Shown: piece after piece, positions 49,901 to 57,894 of the stretch | Layout of the letters: each line of letters starts with the position of its first letter | How positions within the stretch are numbered: the first letter of the stretch is position 1 | Origin: Armatimonadota bacterium | GTDB taxonomy: Bacteria > Armatimonadota > SYMT01 | Length of the DNA: 64,000 bases | Reading direction: 5' to 3' | Assembly (NCBI GenBank): GCA_046292385.1 | Contig: JBKBRF010000009.1 | Coordinates: 64,001-128,000 of the forward strand | The notes under the pieces: model-generated | Seen by the model: the letters and a program-made list of their open reading frames with translations, nothing else | Told to the model about the DNA's origin: nothing | Database searches by the model: none | Position numbers and translations under genes: made by a program

Positions 49901-51428
49901 GAGCGGCTACAGCTTCTCCCCCACCTCGCAGAGCGTTACCGTCGGTGGAAGCAAGTCGGGCGTCGACTTCACCGCCAGGGCGGACGTCGCGGAGCCGCAG
50001 ACCGGCTTCCTCCGGGGCGTCAACCTGAACGGACCGGCGGTCACCATCGAGGGTAATCGCTGGCTCTCCTTCGCCGACGCGAAGGTGCAGGGCCTCTCCG
50101 TCTCCGGCGCCGGCACCTGGAGCGGCAGCTACAGCTTTCCGCTCTCCCCCAGCGCCGACGCCGACACGAAGACGATGCTCCAGAGCTGCGTCTACAGCGG
50201 GAGCAAGTTCAACGTCCGCCAGGCGATCACCAACGGCGAGTACGACGTCTACCTCTGGACCATCGAGAACTACCAGAGTAATTACCGCAGCCTCGACGTC
50301 CGGGTGGAAGGCGCCCTCGTCGCCAGCGGCCTCGGCAACCTCCCGCTCGGGAGCTGGCGGAAGTACGGCCCGTACCGGGCCAGCGTCAAAGACGGGGCGC
50401 TTGACCTCGAAGTCGCCCGCACCCGCGGCGACGCCGTGCTGATGGGCTTCGCCCTCTTCGGCAGCGGCAGCACCCCCACCCCGACCACCTACTCGCTCTC
50501 CGGCAGGGTGACGCTCGGCACCGGCGGACTGGCTGGCGCCACGGTGAAGGCAGGCACCCTCACCACCACCACCGGCACCGATGGCACCTATCGGTTCAGC
50601 GGGCTGGCGGCCGGGAGCTACACGGTCAGCGCCAGTAAGGCCGGCTATACCGTCTCCCCGACGAGCCAGGCGGTCACGCTCGGTCCGGATAAGAGCGGGG
50701 TCAACTTCGCGGCGACGGCCGTGCCGAGCTCCAGCGGCTACTTCCGGGGGATCAACCTGGGCGGTCCGGCGGTCACGATCGGGGGCCAGCGGTGGCTCTC
50801 GCACTCGGAGGCGCTGGGGCAGGGCCTCTCCGTCAGCGGCGCCGGCACCTGGAGCGGGAGCTACACGTTCCCGCTCTCGCCGAGCGCGGACGCCGACACC
50901 CGGACGATGCTGCAGAGCTGCCTCTACAGCGAGAGCAAGTTCAACCTGCGGCAGACTCTGCCGAGCGGCCAGTACGACGTCTACCTGTGGACGATCGAGA
51001 ACTGGCGGAGCAGCTACCGGAGCCTCTCGGTTCGAGCCGAGGGGGCGACGGTGGCGAGCGGGATCGGCACCCTGCCGCTGGGGAGCTGGCGGAAGTACGG
51101 GCCGTATCGCGTGACGGTGCAGGACGGCGCGCTCGACCTGGAGGTCGCCCGCGCCCACGGTGACGCCGTCCTCTTCGGCCTCTCCATCCAGGGCGCGAGC
51201 ACCCAGGCTGGCGCCGCCACTTTCCGGATGGCCGGCGGCGAAAGCCCGTCGCCCGTCCATCCGGGCTTCCCCATGAGAGACGATCCCGCCCGCATCGCAG
51301 CGACGATGCGGAGCAGGGCCGCCCATGCGCCGCTCTCGGGCTCACCCGTCGAGCGGCGGCGGCAGCGGACCACGACCCGCACGGCCGCGGCAGAACCCCC
51401 GGCCGCCTGTAGGAGGCGGCAGGGTTAA
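46986..51428 (+). CDS. Large secreted modular protein: heparinase II/III-like (polysaccharide lyase-like) module + FN3 + Cna-B-like repeats + two malectin-like domains
   Basis: Signal peptide; aromatic-rich helical region (YDWLY, ESSEYN), GNFQL, AHNSML; DTTPPAVPQGL..GYHVYRS..YRVSAVD..GNES (FN3); T..DGSY...GL.AG.YTVT repeats; two RG(V/I)NL.GPAVTI.G.RW domains. Confidence 0.75.
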   Translation: MSQPASRSRTPSARGSASGTGKGGRLQRAVCRFPLLIAALTVSLTSIAGAARNAAPTAPVSSRAASYSTQSLTAASPTGRTPKLLWTPERQAVWNRMVAENHPWWRSLKTWADDYRLRGDSSGDWATLVYQMTGDPKYGRLGWEGMRQYVQSKSLPYYSLNSSMWSFATYAWKYDWLYPVLTAAERQQYVDFLNWLGDQVLTNGSPLLTRIGDSDVEIGHYFGLAFTALATAGENPRAGEFLTRSWTDPRGSGTASVGGLTPTASGNTLRNRIHEYLARYSRGGVFIESSEYNLTTVLQVLFGIDGVRTATGKDYFPEWTELLPQLAMAHLQHHAPDGNHSYQWGDLERSRTFWIQHRVTLTAALAGLTQGQPSVGPYLQQLTDELVAWPGEHGAGAKPNPMFFVYFNPYAAKASWRGAIPRGHYGAGQGLLYFHDGWSPTDSFFGAHMPPSMTTDHSPWAFGNFQLFRGAEWVFTNPLGWGQPYYAIGGEAHNSMLIGGLSSMREARGPVAQEFGAQGDYAYLAGSTGGQFFWEGFYQPPAQFLHEWTRSIVYLPSLDHSSDTVVVYDRTDAENPRSLPGFDRYLYEYRKLVDEAPALKQWIIHAPVAPTLTSDAISWSTPKGQSVRVNTLLPAAQKRTVLDEKQLWSTVPELPVHLSERKWQVRISPSAAQQWDTFLNVAQVSNAGTTLRNTLVRADDGGAEGVLVQRSGHPDVLTLFSARQGAKPPVTPLNGAYSAHNPGLLGIVGAKRLLQAGYTVRWTAGGTTQVLLVDLAPSRAWTASIDGAAPVKVAVSTQGVARVLVSGAGSHTLVLAADGSAPADTTPPAVPQGLKVTASDARADLSWTANTESDLAGYHVYRSLSQTGTYTRQTSAALASPAYSQTGLTNGTTYWYRVSAVDRAGNESGQSAPQSGTPQALSYSIAGKVIDGTAGLGGVTVKAGTRTVTTAGDGSYSLAGLPAGTYTVTPSRSGYSFSPTSQSVTVGGSKSGVDFTARADVAEPQTGFLRGVNLNGPAVTIEGNRWLSFADAKVQGLSVSGAGTWSGSYSFPLSPSADADTKTMLQSCVYSGSKFNVRQAITNGEYDVYLWTIENYQSNYRSLDVRVEGALVASGLGNLPLGSWRKYGPYRASVKDGALDLEVARTRGDAVLMGFALFGSGSTPTPTTYSLSGRVTLGTGGLAGATVKAGTLTTTTGTDGTYRFSGLAAGSYTVSASKAGYTVSPTSQAVTLGPDKSGVNFAATAVPSSSGYFRGINLGGPAVTIGGQRWLSHSEALGQGLSVSGAGTWSGSYTFPLSPSADADTRTMLQSCLYSESKFNLRQTLPSGQYDVYLWTIENWRSSYRSLSVRAEGATVASGIGTLPLGSWRKYGPYRVTVQDGALDLEVARAHGDAVLFGLSIQGASTQAGAATFRMAGGESPSPVHPGFPMRDDPARIAATMRSRAAHAPLSGSPVERRRQRTTTRTAAAEPPAACRRRQG
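50004..51196 (+). repeat. Near-identical direct repeats shared with 53106-54544
   Basis: 50004-~50549 matches 53106-~53651 (offset 3102); ~50601-51196 matches ~53949-54544 (offset 3348); only scattered substitutions. Confidence 0.92.
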
Positions 51429-51440
51429 TCCCGAGCGCCC

Positions 51441-51472
51441 CGGAGGCTTTCCGCTGTCGCGGAAAGCCTCCG
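51441..51472. terminator. Perfect 14-bp hairpin between the two secreted-protein genes
   Basis: CGGAGGCTTTCCGC-TGTC-GCGGAAAGCCTCCG; no U-tract. Confidence 0.5.
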
Positions 51473-51542
51473 CCACCCCACCCCCCCATCACCCTCGGAA
51501 GTCGTCCCGGCTCGCCGCGGGTGTAGAGGAAACGGGAACAAC

Positions 51543-54500
51543 ATGCATCCCTCTCGAATGAACTTCCGTTACCGATCGCTGCCCCGAGTGTTGACGCTCT
51601 GCCTCGTCGCGGCGCTGGCGGCACTGGGCGGAGCGCGCCCGGGTGACGCAGCGGGAAACACCTACTACGTCGCTCCAGGCGGGAACGACGGCTGGAACGG
51701 CTCGCAGTCCGCTCCGTTCCGGCAGATCCGGCGCGCGCTGCAGGTGGTGCGCGCGGGCGACACCGTGCTGGTAGCCGACGGCAGCTATCTCGGCTTCGAC
51801 GCCAGCCTGACGGGCACCGCGAGCGCGCCGATCACGATCCGGGCGGTCGGCTCGAACGCGGTGGTGACGCCAACCACCGACCGGGGCGACGACCGGGACA
51901 ACATCCACGTGATGAGCTCCGCGTACGTCGTGCTGGACGGCCTGCGATCGTTCAACGGTCCGCGATCGGCTGTCCGCATCAATACCAGCCATCACGTGAC
52001 CGTGCGCAACGGCGTCTACGGCGACAACGGCACGTGGGGGATCTTCACCAACCACTCCGACGATCTCCTGATCGAGCGGAACACCTGCTACGGCAGCAAG
52101 ATCGAGCACGGAATCTACGCTTCTAACAGCGGCGACCGCCCGATCATCCGCCGCAACGTGGTCTACAACAACGCCGCGAACGGCATCCACGTGAACGGAG
52201 ACCGCTACGCCGGCGGCGACGGCCTGATCACCGGCGCGCTGATCGAGTACAACGTCGTCTACAACAACGGGGTGAAGGGCGGCTCCGGCATCAACATGGA
52301 CGGGGTCCAGTACTCCACGGTCCGGAACAACCTGCTCTTCAATAACCACGCGACCGGCATCGCCTGCTACCAGGGTGGCGGCGCCGCCGGCCCGCGCGGG
52401 ATGCAGATCCTGCACAACACGATCGACATGGCGTCGGACGCGCGCTGGGCGCTGCAGTTCCTCGCCACTACCGGCCCGAACGTGGTCCGCAATAACGTAC
52501 TCTACAACCGGAACACGGCCAAGGGCGGACTCGAATTCGGCAACTACACCGACGTCCAGAATGTCGACACCGACTACAACGTCCTCGACAGGGTGACGAC
52601 CGACTACGGCAGCTCCGTGATGACGCTGGCGCAGTGGCAGGGCCACGGAAAGGACCGGAGCTCCTTCTCCGCCGCGCCGAGCTCGCTATTCGTCAACCCG
52701 GCAGCGGGCGACTACCACCTGCTCTCCTCTGCCCCCGTGGTGAACCGCGGCCAGACGCTCACTAGCGTTCAGGACGACCTGGACGGCAAGGTGCGCCCGC
52801 AGGGCACCTCCTCGGACATCGGCTGCTATGAGCTGGCGGGCAGCACCCCGTCCACCTACACCCTCTCCGGAAAAGTAACCCTCGGGAGCAGCGGCCTGGC
52901 CGGCGTGACGCTGACTTCCGGCTCTCGCACCGTTACCACCGGCAGCGACGGCAGCTACGCGTTCACCGGTCTGCCGACGGCGAGCTACACCGTCACGCCT
53001 TCGAAGAGCGGCTACACCTTCTCCCCCACCAGCCAGACGGTGACGCTCGGCTCCAACCAGACCGCGGTGAACTTCACCGCGAGCACCACCATGTCGCCGC
53101 AGAGCGGCTTCCTCCGGGGCGTCAACCTGTACGGACCGGCGGTCACCATCGAGGGTAATCGCTGGCTCTCCTTCGCCGACGCGAAGGTGCAGGGCCTCTC
53201 CGTCTCCGGCGCCGGCACCTGGAGCGGCAGCTACAGCTTCCCGCTCTCCCCCAGCGCCGACGCCGACACGAAGACGATGCTCCAGAGCTGCGTCTACAGC
53301 GGGAGCAGGTTCAACGTCCGCCAGGTGCTGGCCAACGGCGAGTACGACGTCTACCTCTGGACCATCGAGAACTACCAGAGTAATTACCGCAGCCTCGACA
53401 TCCGGGTGGAAGGCGCCCTCGTCGCCAGCGGCCTGGGCAACCTGCCGCTGGGGAGCTGGCGGAAGTACGGCCCGTACCGCGCCAGCGTCAAAGACGGGGC
53501 GCTCGACCTCGAAGTGTCCCGCACCCGCGGCGACGCCGTGCTGATGGGCTTCGCGCTCTTCGGCAGCGGCAGCACCCCCACCCCGACCACCTACTCGCTC
53601 TCCGGCCGGGTGACCCTCGGCACCGGCGGACTGGCGGGCGCCACCGTGAAGACGAGTAGCCTCACCGTCATCAGCGGCACCGACGGAAGCTACACCTTCA
53701 GCGGGCTAGCGGCGGGCACCTACACGGTCAGCGCCAGCAAGAGCGGCTACACCGTCTCCCCGGCGAGCCGCAGCGTCACGGTGGGACCGAGCCAGACGGG
53801 CGTCGACTTCGCCGCTACGGCGATCGCGCCGGCCACCTACCGCCTGGCCGGAAAGGTAACGCTCGACACGGCGGGGCTTTCCGGCGTGCTGGTGCAGGCG
53901 GGGACGCAGAGCGTCTCCACCGGCGCCGACGGGAGCTACGCCTTCTCCGGGCTGGCGGCCGGGAGCTACACGGTAAAGGCGAGCAAGAGCGGGTACACCT
54001 TCTCGCCCGCGAGCCAGGCGGTCACGCTCGGTCCGGATAAGAGCGGGGTCAACTTCGCGGCGACGGCGGTGCCGAGCTCCAGCGGCTACTTCCGCGGGAT
54101 CAACCTGGGCGGCCCGGCGGTGACGATCGGGGGCCAGCGCTGGCTCTCTCACTCGGAAGCGCTGGGGCAGGGTCTCTCCGTCAGCGGGGCCGGCACCTGG
54201 AGCGGGAGCTACACGTTCCCGCTCTCCCCGAGCGCGGACACCGACACCCGGACGATGCTGCAGAGCTGCCTCTACAGCGAGAGCAAGTTCAACCTGCGGC
54301 AGGCGCTGCCGAGCGGCCAGTACGACGTCTACCTGTGGACGATCGAGAACTGGCGGAGCAGCTACCGGAGCCTGTCGGTACGAGCCGAGGGAGCGACGGT
54401 AGCGAGCGGGATCGGCACCCTGCCGCTGGGGAGCTGGCGGAAGTACGGGCCGTACCGCGTGACGGTGCAGGACGGCTCGCTCGACCTGGAGGTCGCCCGC

Positions 54501-54554
54501 GCGTACGGGGACGCCGTCCTCTTCGGCCTCTCCATCCAGGGCGCCGGACAGTAG
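51543..54554 (+). CDS. Secreted right-handed parallel beta-helix protein (pectin lyase-like fold) + Cna-B-like repeats + two malectin-like domains
   Basis: Signal peptide; TYYVAPGGND..G....PFRQI..A...V.AGDTV; Asn-ladder repeats; DYHL..SAP.VNRG...DLDG..RPQG..SDIGCYE; C-terminal modules as in the upstream gene. Confidence 0.85.
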   Translation: MHPSRMNFRYRSLPRVLTLCLVAALAALGGARPGDAAGNTYYVAPGGNDGWNGSQSAPFRQIRRALQVVRAGDTVLVADGSYLGFDASLTGTASAPITIRAVGSNAVVTPTTDRGDDRDNIHVMSSAYVVLDGLRSFNGPRSAVRINTSHHVTVRNGVYGDNGTWGIFTNHSDDLLIERNTCYGSKIEHGIYASNSGDRPIIRRNVVYNNAANGIHVNGDRYAGGDGLITGALIEYNVVYNNGVKGGSGINMDGVQYSTVRNNLLFNNHATGIACYQGGGAAGPRGMQILHNTIDMASDARWALQFLATTGPNVVRNNVLYNRNTAKGGLEFGNYTDVQNVDTDYNVLDRVTTDYGSSVMTLAQWQGHGKDRSSFSAAPSSLFVNPAAGDYHLLSSAPVVNRGQTLTSVQDDLDGKVRPQGTSSDIGCYELAGSTPSTYTLSGKVTLGSSGLAGVTLTSGSRTVTTGSDGSYAFTGLPTASYTVTPSKSGYTFSPTSQTVTLGSNQTAVNFTASTTMSPQSGFLRGVNLYGPAVTIEGNRWLSFADAKVQGLSVSGAGTWSGSYSFPLSPSADADTKTMLQSCVYSGSRFNVRQVLANGEYDVYLWTIENYQSNYRSLDIRVEGALVASGLGNLPLGSWRKYGPYRASVKDGALDLEVSRTRGDAVLMGFALFGSGSTPTPTTYSLSGRVTLGTGGLAGATVKTSSLTVISGTDGSYTFSGLAAGTYTVSASKSGYTVSPASRSVTVGPSQTGVDFAATAIAPATYRLAGKVTLDTAGLSGVLVQAGTQSVSTGADGSYAFSGLAAGSYTVKASKSGYTFSPASQAVTLGPDKSGVNFAATAVPSSSGYFRGINLGGPAVTIGGQRWLSHSEALGQGLSVSGAGTWSGSYTFPLSPSADTDTRTMLQSCLYSESKFNLRQALPSGQYDVYLWTIENWRSSYRSLSVRAEGATVASGIGTLPLGSWRKYGPYRVTVQDGSLDLEVARAYGDAVLFGLSIQGAGQ

Positions 54555-54562
54555 GGAGTTAA

Positions 54563-54642
54563 CAGGTTGGCAGGTTGCAGGTTGCAGGTTACGAACCCCG
54601 CCTCACGAGGCGCCAACCTGTAACCTGCAACCTGCCAACCTG
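54563..54642. repeat. Inverted heptamer (GCAGGTT) array hairpin between convergent genes
   Basis: CAGGTTGGCAGGTTGCAGGTTGCAGGTT (54563-90) and AACCTGTAACCTGCAACCTGCCAACCTG (54615-42) are complementary at 27 of 28 positions. Confidence 0.85.
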
Positions 54643-54684
54643 AAACAAAGACCTTCCGCGGTTCCCCCGCCCGCGGGGGTCGCC

Positions 54685-55788
54685 TCACCGGTGCGGCAGC
54701 GACAGGGAGAGAAGAGTCCGCGCCACCCGCTTCCCCGCCTGACCGTCCCAGTACTCGGGCACCGGACCGGCTCCGATCGAGAGCTCGTCCCGCAGCACTT
54801 CGTCCAGCGCCTGCTCCACCGCCTCGGCCCGGGTGCCGATGAGCCGGTTGGTGCCGTGGGTGATCGTCACCGGACGCTCCGTGTTCTCCCGGAAGGTGAT
54901 GCACGGGACGCCGAGGACCGTCGTCTCCTCCTGGATGCCGCCGCTGTCGGTGAAGACGACCCGCGCCTGCTCCGTCAGCGCGAGGAACTCCAGGTAGCCG
55001 AGCGGATCGAGCGTCTGGACGCGGTCTCCCAGCGCGGAGAGCAGGCCGAACGTCTCCAGCCGCGCGCGAGTGCGCGGATGGATCGGCCACACCACGGGCA
55101 GGCGCCGCGCCAGGGAAGAGACCGCGGCGACGCAGTTCTCCGCCGCCGAGCGGCTATCGACGTTGCTCGGCCGGTGCAGCGTGCAGACCGCATACTCCCG
55201 CGGCCGCACCTCCAGGCGCCGCAGGATGCCGCACTGCCGGGCTCGCTCGCGGTGGCGGAGCAGCGTGTCGATCATCACGTTCCCAACGAAGTGGATGCGT
55301 TCGGCCGGGATGCCCTCGGCGCGCAGGTTCTCCTCCGCCGCCCGCTCCGTGGTGAAGAGCAGGTCGGAGATCTGGTCGGTCAGCACCCGGTTGATCTCCT
55401 CCGGCATGGTGCGGTCACCGCTGCGCAGCCCCGCCTCCACGTGCGCCACCGGGATGCAGCGCTTGGAGGCCGCCAGGGCACAGGCGAGGGTGGAATTGAC
55501 GTCGCCCACTACCAGCACCACGTCGGGCGGGCAGCACTCCAGCACCTCATCGAACGCCATCAGCACCCGCGCCGTCTGCTCCGCCTGGCTGCCGGAGCCG
55601 ACGCCCAGGTAGATGTCGGGCGCGGGGAGGCCCAGCTCCCGGAAGAAGAGCGTCGACATCCGCTCGTCGTAGTGCTGCCCGGTGTGCACCAGGGAGCAGC
55701 TCAGCTCCGGATGCGCCTCCGCAGCGGCCAGGATCGCCGCCATCTTCATGAAGTTCGGCCGGGCGCCGACTACGCAGGTTACGTTCAT
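54685..55788 (-). CDS. wecB: UDP-N-acetylglucosamine 2-epimerase (non-hydrolysing)
   Basis: VGARPNFMK, HTGQHYD, VGDVNST, HVEAGLRS, MPEEINR, TLHRPSNVD, TDSGGIQEE, RENTERP. Confidence 0.93.
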   Translation of the reverse strand: MNVTCVVGARPNFMKMAAILAAAEAHPELSCSLVHTGQHYDERMSTLFFRELGLPAPDIYLGVGSGSQAEQTARVLMAFDEVLECCPPDVVLVVGDVNSTLACALAASKRCIPVAHVEAGLRSGDRTMPEEINRVLTDQISDLLFTTERAAEENLRAEGIPAERIHFVGNVMIDTLLRHRERARQCGILRRLEVRPREYAVCTLHRPSNVDSRSAAENCVAAVSSLARRLPVVWPIHPRTRARLETFGLLSALGDRVQTLDPLGYLEFLALTEQARVVFTDSGGIQEETTVLGVPCITFRENTERPVTITHGTNRLIGTRAEAVEQALDEVLRDELSIGAGPVPEYWDGQAGKRVARTLLSLSLPHR

Positions 55789-55791
55789 GCC

Positions 55792-57894
55792 TCAGTCCTC
55801 CTGCAGCGCGAGGGGCGCCGGACGCGGAACGGCGGGCGGCTCCGGAGCGGGCACGCGGCTCCGGCTGCGCAGGCGCTCGATGCCCGCGCTCACGCCGGTG
55901 CGCGGCTCCCAGCCGAGCAGGTCACGGGCCCGGGAGCTCTCGAAGCCGCGCTGCGCCATCGCGGAGCGCAGCCGGTAGGCGGAGAGCGGGGAGCGCCGCT
56001 TCAGCGCGCCGGCGAGCGGCTCCGTCAGCTTGCCGACCGCCAGCACGAGCGGCCGCGGCAGCCGGACCACCCGCGCCCCGGGCTCCAGCACCGCCTCCAG
56101 CACGCGGTTCTGGGTCCAGCGCTCCGGATCGACGAGCTGGATCACCTCGCCCCGGCGAAGATCGCTGCGGAGGGCCAGCAGTACCGCGTCGACCACGTCG
56201 TCGAGATGTACGAGCGGGAGCACCTGCCGGCCGTCCCCCATCACCAGCCAGGCCGGCCCCGCGCGGCGGGCGACCGCGGGCGTGAGGAGCGGGATCCGGC
56301 CGCCGAAGATCTGGCCGGGGCGCAGGATCACCGAAGGCAGGCCGTGCACGCCGGTGTACTGCATCACCAGCCGCTCCGCCTCCAGCTTCGACTGCGTGTA
56401 GGCGCCGCGCTCTTCCGGCCGCGGCTCGAACGGCGAGTCTTCGGTAATCGGCTCCGCGGCGGTACCGCCGGCCCAATCGACCACCGAGAGGGAGCTGATG
56501 TGGACCAGCTTCTCCACGCCGTGCTTCCGGCAGGCGTCGAGCACGTTGCGGGTGCCGGTCACCGTAGCGCACTGGTGCTCCACCGCGCCGCCCTTCATCG
56601 CGGCGCCGCAGTGGATTACCCGGTCGACTCCCTCCGCCGCCCGGTGCACCGCGTCGGGATCGCCGAGGTCGCCGAGCACCACCTCCATCCCCGCCGGCAC
56701 GCTCTCCGGCAGGCGGCGCATGAAGGCGCGGACGGGGACACCCACGCTTCGCAGCCGCTCCACGATCGCCCCGCCCAGCGCGCCGGAGGCGCCGGTCACC
56801 AGCACCGGCCGCTCCTGCAGCCGCGGCAGGCTCGCTACCCGGCGGGCGTAGTCGGCGTCCGCCGCCCGAGCGACCCGCTCGGTCCAGTCGACCACCGGAA
56901 CCGCCTCGGCGATCGAGACCGGGACCGGCCCGCCCGTCTCGATCGACCGGTAGAACTCGGCGACGAGATCCTGCAGCCCGTGGTAGGGCCGCACGCGTCC
57001 GGTGGCGAAGCCGGCGACGCCGCGGAGGACGTCGGTGGTCGAGCGCACGCCCTCCCCTACCCCGTTCACGACCCGCTGGATCGGCGAGGGCAGCGGCAGC
57101 GCCGCGCGGAGCGCCTGCTGCAGCAGGAAGAGGTCGACCCGCAGCACGCCTCGCGCCCCCTGGATGATGAGCTGGCTCTGGACCGGCTTGACGTTCCATG
57201 AGAGCTGGAACTGGCCCAGTCCGTCGCGGCAGCGGACCAGCGCCCGCCACTCGTCGAACGCCAGGTTCGGGTCGCCCCCCAGGCTCTCCCACTGCGCCTC
57301 CACGTCCTGGATCGGCCCCAGGAACGCCTGGAAGAGGTAGAGCGCGTGCACGCCGAGGTCGCGGAACGGGTACCCCGCGGCCCGGTAGTGCGGCGGGAGC
57401 TTTCCCCCGGCGAAGGCGGGGTAGGTGGAGCTGCGGAGGATATCGACCGAGACGACGCGGCCCAGCTTGCCGGACCGCACCGTCTCCAGCGCCTGGCGCA
57501 CCTGCGGGTCGAACAGGAGCGAGTGCCCCACCGCCACCTGCAGTCCGCGCTCTGCCGCCAGCCGCTCCACGCGCCGGCAGTCGTCCACGTCTTCCGCCAG
57601 CGGCTTCTCCACCAGCACGTGGCAGCCGAGCTCCAGCGCCTGGCAGGCGACCTCCGCGTGCACGTTCGGCGGGGTCAGCACGTGGATCACGTCCGCGCCG
57701 CGCTCCCGCAGCTCCGCCAGGGAGCCGCACGCCGCGATCCCGAGCTTCTCCGCCAGGGCCCGGGCGCGAGCGCGGTCGAGGTCGTGCACCCCAACCAGCT
57801 CCACTCCCGGCAGCCGCCGCAGGGCGGCCGCGTGATACTCACTGATGTAGCCGGCGCCCGCTAGGCCAGCGCGTAGCTTCGTTTGCTGCTGCAT
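55792..57894 (-). CDS. Fused Gfo/Idh/MocA oxidoreductase + NAD-dependent epimerase/dehydratase
   Basis: GAGYIS, HVLVEKPLA, DLGVH; then VLVTGASGALG, HISSLSV, YTQSK, ILRPGQIFG. Start trimmed to MQQQTK (700 aa). Confidence 0.88.
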   Translation of the reverse strand: MQQQTKLRAGLAGAGYISEYHAAALRRLPGVELVGVHDLDRARARALAEKLGIAACGSLAELRERGADVIHVLTPPNVHAEVACQALELGCHVLVEKPLAEDVDDCRRVERLAAERGLQVAVGHSLLFDPQVRQALETVRSGKLGRVVSVDILRSSTYPAFAGGKLPPHYRAAGYPFRDLGVHALYLFQAFLGPIQDVEAQWESLGGDPNLAFDEWRALVRCRDGLGQFQLSWNVKPVQSQLIIQGARGVLRVDLFLLQQALRAALPLPSPIQRVVNGVGEGVRSTTDVLRGVAGFATGRVRPYHGLQDLVAEFYRSIETGGPVPVSIAEAVPVVDWTERVARAADADYARRVASLPRLQERPVLVTGASGALGGAIVERLRSVGVPVRAFMRRLPESVPAGMEVVLGDLGDPDAVHRAAEGVDRVIHCGAAMKGGAVEHQCATVTGTRNVLDACRKHGVEKLVHISSLSVVDWAGGTAAEPITEDSPFEPRPEERGAYTQSKLEAERLVMQYTGVHGLPSVILRPGQIFGGRIPLLTPAVARRAGPAWLVMGDGRQVLPLVHLDDVVDAVLLALRSDLRRGEVIQLVDPERWTQNRVLEAVLEPGARVVRLPRPLVLAVGKLTEPLAGALKRRSPLSAYRLRSAMAQRGFESSRARDLLGWEPRTGVSAGIERLRSRSRVPAPEPPAVPRPAPLALQED

